This document shows positions 59,481-64,000 of a stretch of 64,000 nucleotides of DNA, in pieces. How positions within the stretch are numbered: the first letter of the stretch is position 1; every line of letters begins with the position of its first letter. Origin of the DNA: Phyllobates terribilis. Taxonomy: Eukaryota. The position numbers and the translations under genes are program-made. Location: the NCBI RefSeq assembly GCF_046119375.1, contig NW_027362764.1:707606001-707670000 (forward strand). Direction: 5' to 3'. Below the pieces are notes generated by a model. The model saw only the letters and a list, made by a program, of their open reading frames with translations. It ran no database searches and was not told where the DNA came from.

Positions 59481-61559
59481 CCATACTGATAGTTCTGCTT
59501 CACGTCACTTGTCTCATCTATTGCATTATTCCTGTGTCCTGTTGTGCATAAAAATGTGACTCTTTAGATTTTGTGTTGTTCTATGCCTGATGAAAAGGCC
59601 TGAGTAGTTATTCGATATCATCTTTGCGCTAGCCATTAAAAGGTATCAACTACTGAGGACTCTCAAATCTTAATATTTTTCAACTTTTTTTTTTAAATCT
59701 GATCTCTTGTATTACCTGTTTCCTCACCCTCCATGCCCTCAGTAGCACTTTGTATCTGTACTGCTTGTAAGCTTGCTCACTTCTCTTGGTAGTTGGTGAA
59801 TTATGCATTGCAATGTAATGTCTGATATTGTTTGTGAATGTTCCTTTTGAAATATCAAGTGCTGCATAATATTTTTGGCGCAATAGAAATAAAGATTATT
59901 ATTATTATAAAGGGCTGTAGGATGTAAAATAGGGAGCGCCTTAGACTCTGATAAACAGAGTGTCCCACGCCACGCCTGACTGTCGATGCTTATTATGAAC
60001 TGACGGTTTCATTACAGATATGTATGTCTTAGCCTCAGGGTAAAGAGGGAGAAGTGCAAAATTAGAAAAAAAAATGGAGATGGCCTTTAATAACGCATTG
60101 ACTATAGCTTAGCATCATGAAATTTACTGTTCTGTTAATGTCAATACTAGTAGAATATGAACAGCAGCCTCAACAAAAATTATTAAACCATGCAAATGTC
60201 ACAGAGCCGCCAGCACGAATGACAGCACTTTCCAGTTCTCAGCTCCGTTCATTCCCAGGATTATGCCACAAAACAAATTAGTGCAGCCATACAAAGGTTT
60301 ACTTTTCTGTGGGTGGTTTTGATCATTTTCTATGCATTCCTCCTGGGACAATATGTCTATAAAATGTCATGTTGTAAAAGACAAGATTTGTTACAGAGAG
60401 GGCCTACGAAGGAAATCATGTTATACCTGCACAGAGTACACATTATGGGTCTTGTTTGTACGGTCTCCTAAACTAAGAACAACATCTCAGCACACAAGAC
60501 AACAACCTAAAAAAGCAGAAAGACTCTGCACTTTTAGCACGGATTTTACCTAAAACACTTAGCGCTTTCTGTTTTTTTTTCAAGAACGCTTGAAGTACAC
60601 AGGTCACAACAGCAAGCACTTAGAGAAGCCAGGAAGCAACTGAAATTGGGAACATGACGTGTCTCTCTATGAGATGTAAAATAATCTTACGAAACCACTG
60701 AGCACTAAAGGACGTTCTGTCTATTCCGAGCTCTGACAAATATTTAGGTAAGGGGTTTTTGGGAAATGGATCTTGGCTGAGAGCAACAGCAGTAAAGTTT
60801 ATCTCATTTTAACTAATGAAATTTCAGTGAGTTTAGAAAAAAACATCTACCAAAAATGGAAAATGCAACTTGTTTGTAAGCCGGCACAACTTTCTGCTAG
60901 CTTCGAAAACATTAAAAGGAATCTGTTACCCCCAAAACTCAAATGATATGTTCATATAGGGGTCTTAGCGCCTATAAAAATCATCCTTGTGGTACAGATT
61001 TAAAATTTTAGAGAAATAAATGAGGGTATTTTAGATATGTATATGAGGGTTCCTTAGTGCATGTCTGGCATGGCCAAGGGTTTAATGCCATTTTCCGCCC
61101 CCTCAATTACAATCCTCTGCATTTCCCCTTATGCTGATAGTCAGCACTCGCTTTGGAGCGCTGCCTGAGTTGAATCTTCAGCCCTGCACACACGGACATT
61201 GCACTTGTTTGCCATTTCATCAATCAGTTTTCTGGCATAAAAGTCAAATTCATAACATTTTTGGACAAAGTTAAGTTGGTGTCTTCACGCCAATCCCTGT
61301 CAGCTCTGCGAAGGTGGGAGAAGCATGGGAGGGGGCATGGCGGCACCCGCCTGCCAACTTCATCAAAAGTTACACTGTGTTGGTGGTGTAACATAGTCAG
61401 ATATGTTACGCAAGTCTCTGGCTGGAATAGAATTTCTGGGGAGATACACGCCACGGAGAAGATGCACCAAATTTATTAACCCTAGAACGCATACCTGGGG
61501 CCTCTCAGGCCCGCCCTGTTAATTGTTTTCTATTTTCTGCAAGATTTCTTTAGTTAGAA

Positions 61560-62179
61560 TTTTGAAACTCTAGGTATTTATTCTAGGTGATGTTACATTT
61601 GCACATAGGACTCCTTGTTCGAAAGGAGCTTCTGAACTCTCTCGTCCATTGAATTTGTCAGGTTTTGGATGGTTTCTGCTTCAACTGTTTTGCATGAGGA
61701 CAGAATACCCTCCCAGAGCTGTTGCTTAGATGTGAACTGCCTCCCGCCATCAGAGACTCTCCTTTTGATGATGCTCCAGAGGTTCTCAATGGGGTTGGGG
61801 TCAGGGGAGCATGGGTGCCACACCATAAGTTTGTCCCCTTTTATGCCCATAGCAGCCAGAGATGCAGATGTGTTATGTGCAGCATGAGACGGGGCATTAT
61901 CATGCATGAAATGATCTCGATGGTCCAGATGGATGGAGTGGAGGATGGCTGGTTGATGGACACCCCATGCAAACACGGCTACGGCGCTAACAAGGAGGAG
62001 GTGGAGTAATGTTTTGGGCTGGAATCATGGGGAGAGAGATTGTTGGCCCTTTTAGGATCCCTGAAGGGGTAAAGATGAACTCCATAATGTATGTTGAGTT
62101 TCTCAAACAGCACTTCCTTCCATGGTTCAAGAAGAAGAACCGTGCATTCCGCAGCAAGATCATTTTCATGCATGATAAT
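61560..62179. pseudogene. Tc1 transposase fragments in opposite orientations
   Basis: Plus 61919-62179 DGPDGW...GVMFWAGI...IIFMHDN; minus 61917-61593 MHDNAPSH...WHPCSPDPNPIENLW. Confidence 0.85.
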
Positions 62180-64000
62180 TAGTGTTGAGCGATACCTTCC
62201 GATATCAGGAAATATCGGATCGGATTGGATCGGGCCGATACCCAAAAAGTATCGGATATCGCCGATTCCGATACCGGAAACCAATGCAAGTCAATGGGAC
62301 ACAAATATCGGAATGAAAATAAACCCTTTCTTTCCTTGTAGGTTAATTCTACATGAAGGAAAACAACTAACAAAAATGTAGAATGTATTGGGGGAGGTGG
62401 TTTCCCAAATCGATGGGAACAGTGGTCACAGTGAAACATGAAAAGCCGGCAATTCAGCAGCGGCATACACCGGTACCCGACAATTTATAACAGAAAGAAT
62501 AGAGCTTCACACATAGATTAGATAGATAGAAACATGTCAGTCACATATATATGAAGTACAGTGACAGTGTTGCTTACTGTACTTGTCATTTAGTGTAAAG
62601 GATTTATTAAAAAAAATAACAGTGTTTTCATGCACCGTCTCTTTAAAAAAGCCGGCCGGCAATTCAGCAGCGGTACCCAACAATTTAGAATAGAAAGAAT
62701 AGAGCATCACACATAGATTAGATAGATATAAACATGTCAGTCACATATATAATAAGTACAGTGATAGTGTTGATTACTGTACTTGTCATTTAGTGTTAAA
62801 ATAAAGGATTTATTAAAAAAAAAAATTGGCGTGGGGTTCCCCGTAATTTTAGTCTCTAGCGGAGGTTAAGCAGACGGCTGGGGCAGATGTTTGAAGCCTG
62901 GGAAGGGGGTAATACCCACGGAGCTCCCCAGGCTACTAATATGAGCCCCCAGCTGAATACCTAGCCTTTACTAGCTATTAAAATGGGGGACCCCCCCAAA
63001 AAAATGAAGTGGGGTCCCCCCTATTTTAATAGCTAGCAAAGGCTAGGCAGACAGCTGGGGGCTGATATTAATAGCCCAGGAAGGGTACCATGAATATTGG
63101 CCCCCTCCCAGGCTAGAAACACCAGCCGTCAGCCGCCCCAGAAATGGAGCATCCATAGGATGCGCCAATTCTGGCACTTAGCCTCGCTCTTCCCACTGCC
63201 CTGTAGCGGTGGCAGTGGGGTAATAGGGCTGGGGTTGATGTCAGCTTATAATGCCAGCTGACATCAAGCCCAGGTTAGTAATGGAGAGGCGTCTATAAGA
63301 CACCCCCATTACTAACCCCATAGTCAAAGTTAAAAAAAAAACACAAACACCCAGAATAAAGTCCTTTAATTGAAATAAAGACACAATTCTTTATTGTTCT
63401 AAATTAAACCATACTTACCATCACGCCCATTCCAGCTGAAGCCAACGATCTCCTGCAATAAAAGAAAAATAATAAACCAACCTCATCCTTACCTTTCCAT
63501 GGTTCCCAGGACAGCTTCAGCTCTGCTACATCGAGATGACAGGAAGGATCGCAGCAGAAAGCTGCCATCCAGCCTGTCATCCCGCGGACACTGAGAAGCG
63601 CAGGCATGCTTGCGCTCCTCAGTGTCAGGCTGTGACGGCATCCAGATGAGCCGAGTCTCTCACGCTCACCGCATGCGCAGGAGAATTCTCCCACGCTGTC
63701 AGTGACGTGCATGAGGTGAGCTGAGTTCATTGTCGGCTCATCTGGATGCCGTCACAGCCAGACACTGAGGAGCGCAAGCATGCCTGCGCTTCTCAGTGTC
63801 TGTGGCATGGCAAGCTGGATGGCAGCTTTCTGCTGCGTCCAGCCTGTCATCTCGATGTAGCAGAACTGAAGCTGTCCTGGGAACCATGGAAAGGTAAGGA
63901 TGAGGTTGCTTTATTATTTTTCTTTTATTGCAGGAGATCGTTGGCTTCACCTGGAATGGGCGTGATGTTAAGTATGGTTTAATTTAGAACAATAAAGAAT
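62180..64000. mobile_element. Non-autonomous hAT-type element running off the window
   Basis: Starts TAGTGTTGAGCGATACC with ATCGG/CCGAT repeats; internal duplication at about 62450-62830; inverted arms at about 63390-63660 and 63735-64000. Confidence 0.65.

Noticed and set aside
59585-59660. CTGATGA hammerhead half-motif
   Set aside because: No GAAA or stems follow
60585-60657. Possible plus-strand terminal exon (TLEVHRSQQQALREARKQLKLGT*)
   Set aside because: Short, unrecognised, no supporting exon chain

Overview
Repeat-dense vertebrate genomic DNA, most likely anuran amphibian (inferred from TTAA-ended T2/Kolobok-type MITEs, TAGTGATGAGCGAG-type hAT elements and V-SINE-like SINEs). No host gene could be supported. 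The window is layered mobile DNA. (1) A young LTR element at 1-4591 has a tRNA-Ser PBS and a PPT but no pol, and its single ORF ends in a cold-shock domain. (2) A Tc1 relic is split by a 6.6-kb hAT element. (3) A 15.8-kb Gypsy chromovirus at 27879-43664 (TSD ATAAC) holds three insertions: an intact antisense sibling with identical LTRs, a 4.9-kb near-perfect Penelope-like palindrome with mirrored hammerhead ribozymes, and a CR1 fragment. (4) A Gmr1-type Gypsy with integrase before RT lies at 48736-54217. There are also many MITEs, SINEs, solo LTRs, an L2 relic and several further hammerhead-like motifs. All calls were read by eye from the sequence and ORF track; no searches or folding computations were run.
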